Of a stretch of 64,000 nucleotides of DNA, positions 11,530 to 23,646 are shown piece after piece. Positions within the stretch are counted from its first letter, which is position 1, and each line of letters starts with the position of its first letter. Below the pieces are notes generated by a model. The model was not told the origin of the DNA and searched no databases. It saw only the letters and a list, made by a program, of their open reading frames with translations. Origin of the DNA: Naegleria gruberi (lineage: Eukaryota); assembly GCA_000004985.1 (NCBI GenBank), contig GG738854.1; one strand, written 5' to 3'. Both the position numbers and the translations under genes were made by a program.

Positions 11530-12488
11530 ATGAATGAAAATGAATCGAGCCAATTTGATGAAATTCAAGTATTGCAATCAATGTACACTACCGAAGAATT
11601 AAAACCTCGGACGGGAATGGATAGATGTTGGCTCATTCCGATAAATGTTAATAATAATATTGATGATGATGAAACGACAGGATTGTTGGATTGTTTGGTT
11701 TTTGAATTTTGGTTTCATAGAAATTATCCTTCTGAATCGGAACCATTCTTTGAATTGAAAGGAGCTAAAAATTGGATTAATTTACCATATAATCAATTTA
11801 AGAATAATAACTATTTTGCTCAATCGGGATTGGATGAATTGGATAAAATTACTATAAAGGAGGCTCTGCAGATGGAGTTAAAGGCCATGTTCTCTCTTGG
11901 AGTACCAATTGCTTTTACTTGGATTGAGTTTTTGAGAAATGATTTATCGAACATGTTGGACGTAAATGAGATTTATAATCATGTTAAATTGAATCAAAAG
12001 GTTGTATCAATTCAACCAAATTCAAGAAAGTCTAACGAGGATAAAATCTCAACAAGGGTATTGGATATTATTCATGGGGAATCATTCACAGAAAAGAAAT
12101 CCAAATTTGTTGGACATGTGGCAATTGTAAAATCTTTGGAAGATGTCAACTTGATGCTGTCTCAATTATTGGAAGATGATAAAGTGGCAAATGCTACTCA
12201 CAACATTTATGCATATAGAATACGGCAAGGTGATCAAATTTTGGAAAATAGAGATGACGATGGAGAGACTGGAGCTGCTGATCAAATTCTTTATCTGATG
12301 CAAATCTCCAATGCAGAGAATGTATGCTGTGTGGTGACAAGATGGTATGGTGGTATAAAATTGGGAGCAGATAGATTCAGAGTAAGTAGTTCATTTCTAA
12401 TTGTTCATTGAACTAGGTTATCCATGATGAAACAATGAAAATTGAAATAGATCATTACAAACGTTGCCAAAAAAGTACTGCAGGATAA
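11530..12488 (+). CDS. IMPACT: IMPACT/Yih1 family protein (RWD domain + IMPACT/UPF0029 domain), 2 exons (11530-12381, 12417-12488; 35-nt intron)
   Basis: DEIQVLQSMY (RWD start); KSKFVGHVAIV...ATHNIYAYRI...DDDGETGAADQILYLMQI...VCCVVTRWYGGIKLGADRFR matches the IMPACT family signature. Confidence 0.8.
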
Positions 12489-12628
12489 TAACTTTATTGC
12501 TACGAGAAAGTAATCATTTCCATTGCAGCAATCGAAACATTTTGATTTCTTCTAGATTTCATCAAGATAATGATTTTGATCTTTTCAATTTCCCGCCTTT
12601 TTTTATTTGTTTTTAACTTGAATAAAAA

Positions 12629-13489
12629 ATGAGTCAAAGCCCACCTTCTGTTACATCCTCTATTGAAAACCAATTTTTGGATGACCAAATCTTTATCGGA
12701 GTCAGTGGTATGATTGGTTCAGGTGAGTATAATATCAATTTCGTCTGTTGTTTAACAATAATTTAATTAATAATAGGAAAGGTAAATATTTAGCCTATTT
12801 TTGTAAATTCATAAAATCAATATTCTTTAGACCACTCTCGCTAAAGCACTCGCTGAAAAGATTGGAGTTGGAGTACATTATGAACCAGTTATTGATAATT
12901 CCTACTTGGCTGATTTTTATTCTGATATGAAGACTTATTCTTTCCGTTTGCAAGTTTATTTGTTGAATAAGAGATTCGAACAACACCAGAAAATTATTTG
13001 GGGATCAAATGGAGGAGTTCAAGATAGAACTATCTATGAAGATGCTATCTTTGCCAAGGTTTTGATGGATACTGGAATGATGGAAAAGAGAGATTATGAA
13101 ACCTATGTTTCCCTTTTCAGAAACATGTCGAAGGTATGTTGTTATTGTGGTGATTTTTAATGAAGCCTTTTATGTTAAAATAGTTTATGAAACACAATAC
13201 AATGATTATTCACTTGGATGTTTCTCCAGAAACAAGCATGGAAAGAATCAAGATGAGAGGAAGAGAATGTGAAAGTGGAATTACTCTCGAATATCTTCAA
13301 AAGTTGCATAGTGGATATGAAGAATGGCTCACCAAGATTTCAAAGATTATTCCAGTTATTAAGGTTAATTGGAGTCAATTCAGAAGTCTTGAAAATGTTT
13401 TGGAAGAAGTTATGAAAGCCTATAATCAAATTCAAAATATTCAACATGTTACTTTTGAAAATAAGGATACCAGCAGTACAGTTCTCTAA
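12629..13489 (+). CDS. Deoxynucleoside kinase (dCK/dGK/TK2 family), 4 exons: 12629-12722, 12777-12781 (5-nt microexon), 12831-13133, 13184-13489
   Basis: The P-loop GMIGSGKTTLAKALAE is only reconstructed if the 5-nt exon GAAAG (between a GTGAGT..AATAG intron and a GTAAAT..CTTTAG intron) is included. Later motifs are DRTIYEDAIFAKV and LDVSPETSMERIKMRGRECESGITLEYLQKLH. Exon lengths sum to 708 nt in frame. Confidence 0.8.
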
Positions 13490-13660
13490 ACATACAAGAT
13501 TCACTCTTTCAGAGATTTTACATTATAGTCTTGAATAATACTCAAAACTATCATTGGAAAAATGATCCAACATGAAAGGATCAAAGATTTTGAAGAGTTT
13601 ATAAAAACACTTAGTTTTCTCGATTCATCTATCGGCATTCTTATGTACATTGCCTGTATT

Positions 13661-14792
13661 TTACACATTTTCAATCCCTCCAACTTTAGCTGATTCACTT
13701 TCTAATAATTGTTGCCAAGAAATACTAAGAACAACCATTCCTCTCGTCACAACTGGTTCTGTTTTGGCCAAATCTTTCAGCTCATCAATCATCATTACTA
13801 ATTCTTGAGCTACCTCATTATTTTCACTTCGTCTTTCTTCGTCAGCCAAAAACTTTATACAATAAATAAAATCGTCCACTGCCAGGATGTCATCTTCGTT
13901 CTGGTGGTGAATTGTCACAGAGCCCGAGCAACAAAAAAGTGATAAGGCATTCTCTAGTACTGTAAACAATGAATGGGCTGTAAGGGTGATGCAATAAATA
14001 ATGAATTTGTTGTACTCAATTGCAGATTCATTCTCCATAGACCTAGACTTTTCAATAAGAACTTCCAATATTTTTGGTTGTATGGCAACCCTATTTCCAA
14101 GAATTGTTTTAAGTCTGTCAATATTGACTAATCCATTTGGTTGAAGGATTCTGGTCTTTAAAACTAGATCATACATCTGAGAGACACTTTCCAGAGTTAA
14201 CCAATCTTTACTTCTTTCCCCATAGTCTATTGATTGAGATTAGAATTTTGAACATGAATAAATACAAACCCTTTTCTTCTTCCTCAAAGAACTTAATGGC
14301 AATTTTTATGGATTCCAAATCAAGGGGGGAGTTGGCATCAATCTTACGTTTCAATCTATCCCTAATCATTACTTTTCCTAATTTTTTAATTACTGACTGA
14401 AGGGCTGTTGTTATTTGTTGACTTGTTTCCTTATCTACTCCACTCAGAGTAGACCTGCTCGAAAGATTTGATGAAGGTCTCGATGTTTCCGAGCTGTTTG
14501 TACGATCCCTATACGAAGATAAAGGACGAGTATCTTCGTCATAGGCATGGTCAAACCTTACTTGTCTCCTCTCACTCATCCTACTACTTGAACGTAAAAC
14601 ACTCTCCCTATTTGTTGTTTCCTCTTCATCCTCAACACTATTTGTTTCAAATTCATCACCACTCATCCCAAGCCTAGTAAATTTATTTCTCTTCTCTCCT
14701 TCTCCATCTTCCTCAATATTAAATTCATTATTATTCTCTTCGCCATATTCTCCATCAGAGAGTTCATCCATATCCACACTTTCTCGAATCAT
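13661..14792 (-). CDS. Hypothetical protein(s): acidic/Ser-rich N-terminal ORF (14792-14208) followed by a 171-aa ORF (14176-13661); possibly one gene
   Basis: Two adjacent same-strand ORFs 31 nt apart. The first is Glu/Asp/Ser-rich low complexity. No recognisable domain. The junction could not be resolved by eye. Confidence 0.35.
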
Positions 14793-14930
14793 TTTTATGT
14801 AGTGTCGACAATTGATGGTATTTTGTTTTGCTTGTTTTTTTTTGCAACTTTTTAGGGTAAATTTTTGGCGCCAAAGTTCGCTTTCATGAAGTTTTAAACA
14901 ATTAGCTGTAAAGTTTGAAAGAAGATTAAT

Positions 14931-16042
14931 TTATTGCTCAGCAGATTCATCTTCCACTTGCTCACCTTGATTCTCTTGATGTTTCCTCTTTCGTTTTGGA
15001 ATGATTTTTTCAAGAGCTTGACCCCAAATTTCAAAATTAGTGAGCTCTGGTTTGGTTTGTTTCAATTCGATACAATCAGCAATGATTTCTACACATTGGT
15101 TGGTGGTCAGAACACTACATGCCTTCATGTCAATGTGCTTATCGAGTGGGAATTTAGCTGTTGGAATGTTATATTCTTTGGTGGCAATTTCATTACACAG
15201 ATTCTTGTGTCTGTTTCTATCAATAATACCTCCACTATTATTTTGTAATGAATATTTAAATTGTAAAATTTGAAAACTTACATTACATAGACATGTCCTT
15301 TTTCAAATTCTGTAATTTCATTCTCAGCATCAGCAGAAAGATAAATCACCTTATTTTCCTTCAATTTGTCCTCAAATTCCTTTGTAAAATGTTGATCTGT
15401 TAATTTCATCATCCACTTTTCAGGAAATCCTTCAAATTTCTTTAAACTATTGTATAATTCACCTTGTAAGGATGTAAATGTCATATAGAAAGGATTCTCC
15501 ATTCTCTTATAGGCAGCATAGCATTTTCCAAGTTGTTGAGCCAATGAAATAACTTCATTATTTGTCATCTTATCATTAAAGGAACAATCCACATTTATGC
15601 AAACATTGCAATCATTGGTTATTCCATTTTCTGTGGCTTGTTTCAACTTGTTGATGAGGTTCTCCTTTTTCATTCTTTGTGAACGAATTCTTTCTTCCTT
15701 CTTCTTTTTATTTTCTTCCACCAATTTTTCAAATTCCTCTGGAGCCAATTCGTCTCTCATCTTGGTGAAAAAATCATCACTATTCTTTTTCTTTTGTTCT
15801 TGTTTAACTTCCTTTTTTTGCTTTTTATGTTTCTTGAAATTATTCTTCCTGGTTTCCCATCTTTCCTTTCTCTTTTGCAATTTTTCATCCTTTGATGGTT
15901 TGTTTTCCGAATTTTCAGAAGTGTCATTACTGGCTTCCGATGGTGGTAATGTTATATTATTTTCTGCCATTGTTGATTGTTCCGATTTTTGTTCTTGCTC
16001 GACAAAATTTGATGAATTTCCTTCTGTTTGATGTTCAGTCAT
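14931..16042 (-). CDS. TRM10: tRNA (guanine9-N1)-methyltransferase Trm10/TRMT10 (SPOUT), 2 exons (16042-15282, 15234-14931; 47-nt intron)
   Basis: Lys-rich N-terminus, then VCINVDCSFNDKMT...FYMTFTSL... Across the GTAAGT...AATAG intron this continues ..HVYVIGGIIDRNRHKNL.. (matches TRMT10 VYIIGGLVDHNHHKG). Exon lengths 761 and 304 nt sum in frame. Confidence 0.85.
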
Positions 16043-16140
16043 TTTTTTGAATTTAAAAAGTGCAATTTTGTAATTTCATAAATATTTGAAATATATTTTG
16101 TTAAAACTTGAAGGGAGAGTGGTATTTATTTATGAGTCAA

Positions 16141-19100
16141 TTAAATGACAAATTCATTTTCAACCTTTTCATTGATAGTAATGAAAGGAATTTGTGTTTC
16201 CTTAACAATGGAGGGACCATCAACTGGACACGATTTACCAATCATTTCATCGAGACGTTTACTGGCATTCTTGAATTCTAATTGCCAGTAGAGTTGAGTC
16301 TTTTCACTTCCATCATTCATTGCTTCGGCCAATTCTAAACGAGCCTTGTGCCAATTTTCATAGGTCTCTTCAAGGAGATTGAGCCTTTTGTAGAGGGCAT
16401 TTCTTTGGTCTGCTTCTTCTTGGGTAAAGATTGGATTGATTTCTGACAATTTGAATCTTCCTTGTTTGATATCTTGGATGTTAAATTCAATTTGCCTAAC
16501 CTTCATTTGAAGTGTTGCAATTTCACTTTCCTTTTCTGCCTTATCTACTGATCGTTTGAGTCTTTCTAACTTTCTTTGTTTCTTGAGTTTCTTTTCTTCG
16601 AGGTGTGTCAAGTTTTCATTCACTGCCTCTTCGATAGCAGTTTGTTGAGCCTTATCTTCAATGGCAATCAATTGATTCTTGAGTTGGTGCTTGTTGATTC
16701 TATAGAGACAGTTCAAGTGGAATTTTTGACCTGATGGGAATACATAGAAGAAGTAATTCTTTCTCTCGTTTGGATCTTGAAGGTTAGGAAGGAGGACTCT
16801 TGATTTACACCTTTCACAAGTGTCATCATAGTCAATATCATAGTAAATATTCATAGATGATAAATCATTTCTGATCAATTCAGCATCATTGGTGGCATCT
16901 CTCATTTGGACTTCAACTCTGTTATTTTGGAATGAATAGGTATCCAAAATCGATTCAACATCTTTCAAGAGTTCATCGAGTTGAATCTTGGATGGGAAAT
17001 ATTTGATAACATCATCCAACAATAAGACATCACCAAAGTCTGTAATGAGATCGAGTGCTTTCTTGTAATTTTCTTCCTTGACATAGTATTTTACAATCTT
17101 GATAGCAAGTTTACGTTTGAGTTCTGGGTCTTCAACAAATTGAAGAACTGTTTCTTCTGCAAGCTTGACATTGTTAACTTTAGAGTCAAGAGCCAAGTCA
17201 ACTGCTTCCTCATAGAGTTCCAAAAGTCTGTATAACAATACACATGCTTTCCATTTTCTTCCTTCAATAGCCAATCTGAGTGCATATTCTTTAGTAAAGT
17301 AGATATTTTCGGATTCTTTAGTTTCCTTTAGGTAAGTTTCTAACAAGTCAGTATTTCTTTGATTGACCAGCAAGTAGACAAAGAGATCGTGAACAGTTCT
17401 ATTTTCATTCTTTTGATCCTCAATACACCATTTCAAATATTCTAATACTTGAGATTCCTCTTGTCTAACAGATCTTCTTCTTGTTTGACCAGCTTGAGAT
17501 CTGGTAATGTAGTCATATTTCAATATGGCTGGGACCAAATCTCTTGGGTTAAGGAATTGCAAACGTTTGAATGATTTAACAATTTCATCTCTCTTCTCAT
17601 AATTCATCAAAAGTGGAGTGTATCTGTACCAAATCAAGTTTTGAGGAGAAATACCTTCAGACTTTTCAGAGAAGGCATTTGGCTCAGTACAAAAGCTATT
17701 CAGGATAGTGTAGGCATTCTCGTAGTATCCAAGTTCCTTAGAGTGATTGGATTCGTATTCAGAGCTCTTAGCCATAGTAACACAATATTGAATAATTGTC
17801 AAATAATCACCAATAGCACTTGCAAAGAAGAGGAATTCTCTGACAAAGTTATTACTCAAAAAGATGTCATAAACAACGTCCTTGGCTTTTGCTAACAATT
17901 CCTTCTTATTGTAGGTAAACTTTCTCATAACAGCCTTAATTTTGTGAAGTTGTTGTTCTGCCTTGGTTTTTTCTTCCAATTGTTCTCTGTATTGATCTTC
18001 AGAGCATGCAACAGTAATAAATTTACCCATGATATGTCTCTGTTGATTCATCTTGAAGCACAATAATTCAACAATCCAAACAGCAAGAATGACACTCTCA
18101 GGACATTCTTCAATTTTCTTATCATTCTTCTAATTTCAAAGTTAGAAAATTCATAAAATTATTGCAAACTTACAAATCTGTGAAGCATATAGTACAAGTA
18201 GTTGTAGAGACCATTCTTCTTATCTTCTGGATCAACTTCCATGAATTTCATGGCAATTTCTTCAAAGTTTCTGTTTGTTCTGGCATAATCAAGAGCAGCA
18301 GTGTTGAAATCTCCCTTCTTAAAATGGTGATCAGCTTTAGCAGAGTAGATAGCCATTCTATTTTCCTCTGAGTTCATATCAAAAAGAGCTGACAAGTGAA
18401 GGGCCATCTTGAAGTATTCAGACTTGATCGATTCCATATCCTTGTCTTCAATTTCCAAAGCAGCATCAAGGAAAATTCTCCAAAATCCTTTAGCTTGATC
18501 ATCAATTGAAACTCTGTATAATTTCGAAGAGTTGAAAACAAAAACTGATTGATTACTCTCTTCTTTGGATTTGTCAATAAAGGATCTGTCAATCTTTACA
18601 CCGAGTGTATTAATCATTCTAACACCAAGAACGTGCTTACTCAACAATGAATACCTTGAATTACTTGGTGGAAGGAATGCAGGTTGCATAATAACATAAA
18701 ATTCGTCCTTGTAGCACACAAACAAATGGAAGCTGTTGAGTTCAATATCAACTGGTACATCATTTGGATTCTTGTGAGGTAATTTACCGGCCTTGTCGAG
18801 AGTCTTTTGAGAATCAGCGTAAATTCTACCAAAGACAACTTGTTTGGCTGTAATACAGGCAAAACAGAGTGAGTCATAGATTTTAAGAACACTCTTGTGC
18901 ATAATCTTTGGCTTCTCCAAATCGAGATGATCATCCTCATCGTAATTCTTGAAAGATGGAATGGCTGATTGCTCTGGGCCATACCTATCGAAAATATCAG
19001 TAATTTCACCACTTCCAGTAAATACTGCAACACCAGCAACACTTGAAACAAAAGCCATAAATTCGTTTCTTTCCTTAATTTCTGCAAATTCAATACTATC

Positions 19101-20456
19101 AATTCCAAAACCTTGCAAGTGAGAGTGAATAATAATTTGCTTCTCATTGTACAAGGTATCCATATTATAAACTTCTTCGCAGAGCATCTTGTCCATATTC
19201 TTCTTAAAATTAATGTGCCAGTCGTATTCTTCTCCTTCCACATTAAAGTCAACCTTGTAGATAGCACGTCCAGGAGAGACAGCCATAAACAACACCTTTC
19301 TTGTGGTGATATCATCTTGAACAATAGAGTGTGGAAAACCAATAGCTGTAATATATCGAGATCCATCCAAAACTAAATTCTTTTGTGTTCCAATTAATTT
19401 TGGTTCGAATTTGTAATAGTCAAAAGTGAGAGGATCCTTCACATCGGCCTCACTATCAGATTGTTCCAATTTTTGCTTATCAATATCAATAACATAATGA
19501 ACATAGGTTTCAGTTTCAGGATTTTCCAACACTACATAACATTCGAATCCATATGGAATACTGAGGAAAATCTTCTTGACATTGTAACCTTTCAATTCCT
19601 TTCTCTTATCAAACTTGACTTCAATACAGTGATCGTACTCATCGACAAACATTATTCTATCCTTAAAAGCAACAACGTGTAAAATTCTATCAGAAATTTC
19701 ACTCGATTCCACACTTGACATGGCATAATCAATAATTTGACCATAAAGTTTCAAACGATCAACTTCACCAATGGTAAATTTGGATTGCATTTCACGTCTT
19801 TCCTGAATAAAACGTTGAACATATTCATTCTCCTGAGAAACCATGAATGTTTGATTTTTAGATTCAGATTGATCATCTTCCTCATCATCAGAAAAATCAT
19901 CATCAGTTAAACTTTCACTTTCAGATTCTTCCTTTTCTTCTGCTTGTGGTTTAACATCTTCATAATTGGATTTTAATTCAGAAACTTTGGCATCATATTC
20001 AGCATCTTCGTGATCGACAGAGTGTGCCTTCCATCCATCAAAACCACCATCATCACTCATTGAATAATCAGAATAGAAAGAAGCTCCCGTCATTAAATCT
20101 CTCTTTCTCAATCTACTTTCTTCCTTTCGTTGGAGCATGAGTCTTTCCTGTTCCAATCTTTCCTCTTCATTATCTCCAAAGAATCGATTGAACATTTTAC
20201 GAAGTCCACCTCTCTTTCTCTTTGGTTCTTCCTTCTTGTTGTCATTTGATGGAGAAGGAGGATTTTGTGTTGTTGTATTGTTATTGGAAGAATCATTGTT
20301 TGTTGTTGTTGTTGTTGCTGAATTATTTGCTTCTTGATTTATTGTTGTTGAAGGTTGTTGATCGGCAACTGTGGGTGATGCTGATTGTGGAGATGATGTT
20401 GTTGGGAGAACTGTCAGGGTAATGTCATCAGCAGCTGCAAGGTTTGATGAAGACAT
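16141..20456 (-). CDS. VPS18: VPS18/Pep3 (HOPS/CORVET core subunit), ~1420 aa, 2 exons (20456-18174, 18129-16141; 44-nt intron); N-terminal ~230-aa S/T/N-rich and acidic extension
   Basis: YALRLAIEGRKWKACVLLYRLLELYEEAVDLALD is near-identical to human VPS18 (YALRLCAEHGHHRACVHVYKVLELYEEAVDLALQ). Also FEEIAMKFMEV vs FEEIALKFLE, and C-terminal RING-like C-x2-C...H-x2-C (CERCKSRVLL...QKFHLNCL) followed by a coiled coil. The two ORFs join in frame through GTAAGT...AAATTAG. Confidence 0.85.
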
Positions 20457-20517
20457 TTTTTATTATGATAGACAGCTGATGGGCAGTGCAAGACCTGAAG
20501 TGGGTTTTTCAGTTCTT

Positions 20518-23215
20518 TTACTTCCAATATCCTGCAAATCTGTGCATAATATCATGAACTGCAAATAGGGTTCTTTCAGAATCTGTAATAACACTCCTCA
20601 TGAATTGAATGGCTTCCTCCTCAGTGAGTTCGAGACATAGACGTTGCTGAACTGTGAGAATGTTAAGGAGCTGCTCACCAATTTTTGAATCTCTCGAAAT
20701 ACCATGATCAATATTTGGAATACCTGCATCAATCATTAAAATGAACAAATTGAGAATCATTCTAGAGTGTTGTCTTAATATATTGTAGGCGCTGCAGCAA
20801 TTTTTGATGAAACTCTTGTACCTTTCACTTCCAGAACCTCCCATTCCCAAGACCATGTCAGCACAGAGTTTCATTGGTGGAGGATACGGTTTTGGATCGT
20901 GGCCTAGAATGAATCCAAAATCAATGTGGAATAGTTTTCCATCAGGAGTCAGCAAAATATTATCCAAGTGTCTATCTCCAATTCCAAGAATATATGTAAT
21001 GACACAATATCCTGCACAACTCTTCATAAAGTTATCGAGAACTTCGTTCATCTCTTGATGAGATTTGTTCTTGTTCTGGTCTTTGAGCCATTCTTCAATG
21101 CTTTGTTTTTCAATTATTTTGGCAAATGGCGTGCTTGGAAGAACACACTCCAAAAATCCCTCCTGCTTTCCACAAGCTAACACTCTGTATGGTGTCAACT
21201 TTAAATCCATACCATTGTCTTTCAGAATAGTATCCATAGTATTAATAATTTGAATAATTAACTGATCTTGTCTCAAATCGTCGCCAATTTTAAAGATTGC
21301 ATGATATGTGCTCTTAGGACTGGTCTTGAATGCCAACTTCATTGGTCTAGCATTACTACTGAAAATAGTCACACCTGTAGGATCTACATTATTAACAGAA
21401 ACTCTTGGATCCAATGGAAGTATCAGTGATGAATTATCTTCAAATATACCATCCCATGAAGAGACTTTTCTTTCTGCTATTTCTCTGAATTTTTCCTTTA
21501 CAATTTCAGTGCTATTTCTATTGGTCTTACCAAAGAGACAAATTTCACTAAGGTTTTGAACCATCTTTGTTTGTCTTTGTAACATTTTTACAGTCTCGTG
21601 TTGTTTTTTCTAAATTAAATTTTTAGAATAATGTCATTCAATGTATTTAAACTTACCGTCTTGTAATTTTCTAGCACTCTAGCTCTGTAAGAATAGTAAA
21701 ATTCACCCATTATGCTATCCTCACATGCTATTGTCAAGTACCAGTATAAATCGTTCGATACCATTAAAGATCTCTCTGCCTTCTCAATTAAAAGATCTGC
21801 CAATTTACAAGTTCTCATATCATGCTCATATCTCAATGCTTGAACTAATTGGAGTAAGACAGACAATATATCTTGTTCTGGGGCGTCTTTCAGTACATTA
21901 ACAGCGTGATTTCTTACAGAATCCACTCCTTTGAAATATTTACTCAGCAAGAACAGAGCATCAGGTATATCAATCTTGGTCCAACCTTGCATTAATGAAG
22001 CAGCTTCCTTAGCTTCTCTGTCAATACTCCAATCCACAGATCGTAAAAATTTTGTAAGAGCTTTGGTTCCAATTCTCTTTTCTGATTGCAAGAATTTTCT
22101 ATACCTCCACAATAATGTCTTTTCATCCACTGAAATTTCTTGCAATGGTGACTTTTTCACAATTGCCTCAAGCATTTTCTTATCCCTTGCTTCTGGGTAA
22201 AGTAATAGATTATCATCCAAATTCATGGTCATCTTGAAATGCTTTACGGCTGATGGATTTTCCTTATCCCTGGCAACTTCTGGGTCTATGAAGAATTGAA
22301 CACCCTTTGTTTCAAAGCACTTGATCATTTGCTCTGCTCCATTGATATTACTCTGTTGTTTAAAGCTATTGAGTGTTGTAGGAGGAACTTCACGATTGAG
22401 CATGGAATAAGTTTCATTTTCAAAGAAAATTACTGGTGCTGAAAAATCACAAAATTCCAAATCCAAAAAAGCTATTCCTTTTCTCACAAGCAGACCCTCT
22501 CGTCTCATATTATTGATGGATTTTAATGAGGCCTCTCTCAGCCACTTTGAATTTTCATCCCATATATCCTTACAGGAATCAATTTCAATTTGAGTGAGTA
22601 AATCTGTAACAATTCCATCTTCTTCAAACACCGATAAAGGATTAGGTGCTACCCGTGGTGAAAGTAGGCATTTGTGATTGCCCGATCGCATAAGTCTTTA
22701 GATTCAGTTATTAATTCCATAAATTTCATCAAAATTACATACTTGCTTCTCAAATCAAAAACTGAATAGGAAGAACTGGCAACTATAATAGGCTTTCTTG
22801 GAGTAAATATATCATAAATTGTAACACATAATACAGTATCTACTGGAAGTTCGCTATACTTTACAGGAAATGAAATCCATTCCTTCCAACTGAAAATATT
22901 AATAATACAAATCAATAAATTCATACCTTTTCACAGATTTCATTTGATTTTTGTAACATGTCCTTGATGGTGGACATATCAGATGATTATTTACATAAAG
23001 GCCACATTCTACAAATAAATCCTCTAATTTTGGCAATAAAGAAGAGGAAGGCATTGTCGGATCAATAATAAATTCATTAATTTGATTTGCATAATTATTC
23101 TGATTCACTGAAACACTAAAATCAATTAAAACACCACTATTTGATTGATCAGTAGTAATTTTTCTAGCAAAGAAATCAGCATCCAACACTCCATCAATAT
23201 CTCCACTACATTAAT
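20518..23215 (-). CDS. VPS34: Phosphatidylinositol 3-kinase catalytic subunit type 3 (VPS34), multi-exon (C2, helical/PIK and kinase domains); 5' end approximate
   Basis: Kinase core HIDFGFILGHDPKPYPPPMKLCADMVLGMGG and IFKIGDDLRQDQLIIQI. Helical domain LLQLVQALRYE, DLYWYLTIACED. C2 region LYVNNHLICPPSRTCYK...WKEWISFPVKYSELPVDTVLCVTIYDI. All are collinear with human PIK3C3. Small GTAAGT introns separate the ORF-track pieces (one at ~21609-21655). Confidence 0.9.
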
Positions 23216-23646
23216 TCCGATCATATAGATGATTTATATTTAAATATATTTGTTGTTGTATTCCGAACCTACATCCTAACAGAAAAGTAACAATCCAAAT
23301 CACAACTCTTGATGGCTTTTATAGCCTTCAATCCGTTGAGTTTCATTTTTTTGAATTTTGCTTTTTATTAATAGCAGAAATTCTAATCGAAATACTGGAT
23401 GGAAAATAATTGAAACGTGATTAAGGTGGATTAAACGTGAATTTGTTTCATATGTTTGTTGCGAATTGTTGAGTTGATTGGGAATAAGAAATTAAAGTGG
23501 AATAGTTTAAGAATTATTGAGAATATTGAGTGTTTTAAATGTCTCGAAAAGGCAAAAATGTGTGTGATTGAGAAAGCACTTTCAATATTGAATTGAACTC
23601 GTATTCCAATCATAATGTACAAAATTTCAAGTGAGTGGATGAACAA

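Noticed and set aside
18641-19366. 241-aa antisense ORF inside VPS18, and similar long antisense ORFs (15597-16031 in TRM10, 8029-8307 in RPL8, 20137-20422 in the VPS18 N-terminal region)
   Set aside because: They overlap strongly supported genes on the opposite strand and have low-complexity, Leu/Phe-rich translations typical of antisense frames in AT-rich DNA.
21586-21690. Apparent one-base frame inconsistency in VPS34 near 21660 when I translated the printed sequence by hand (AAG-GAC-GGT... vs the ORF track's ...ENYKTVSLNTLNDIILKI)
   Set aside because: The ORF track is computed from the true sequence and is self-consistent (1077 nt, 358 aa). Other ORF-track coordinates I checked match the printed text, so my manual indexing at this spot is most likely off. 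Either way a GTAAGT...TTTAG intron (~21609-21655) joins the kinase-domain ORF in frame. I did not report a pseudogene or frameshift.
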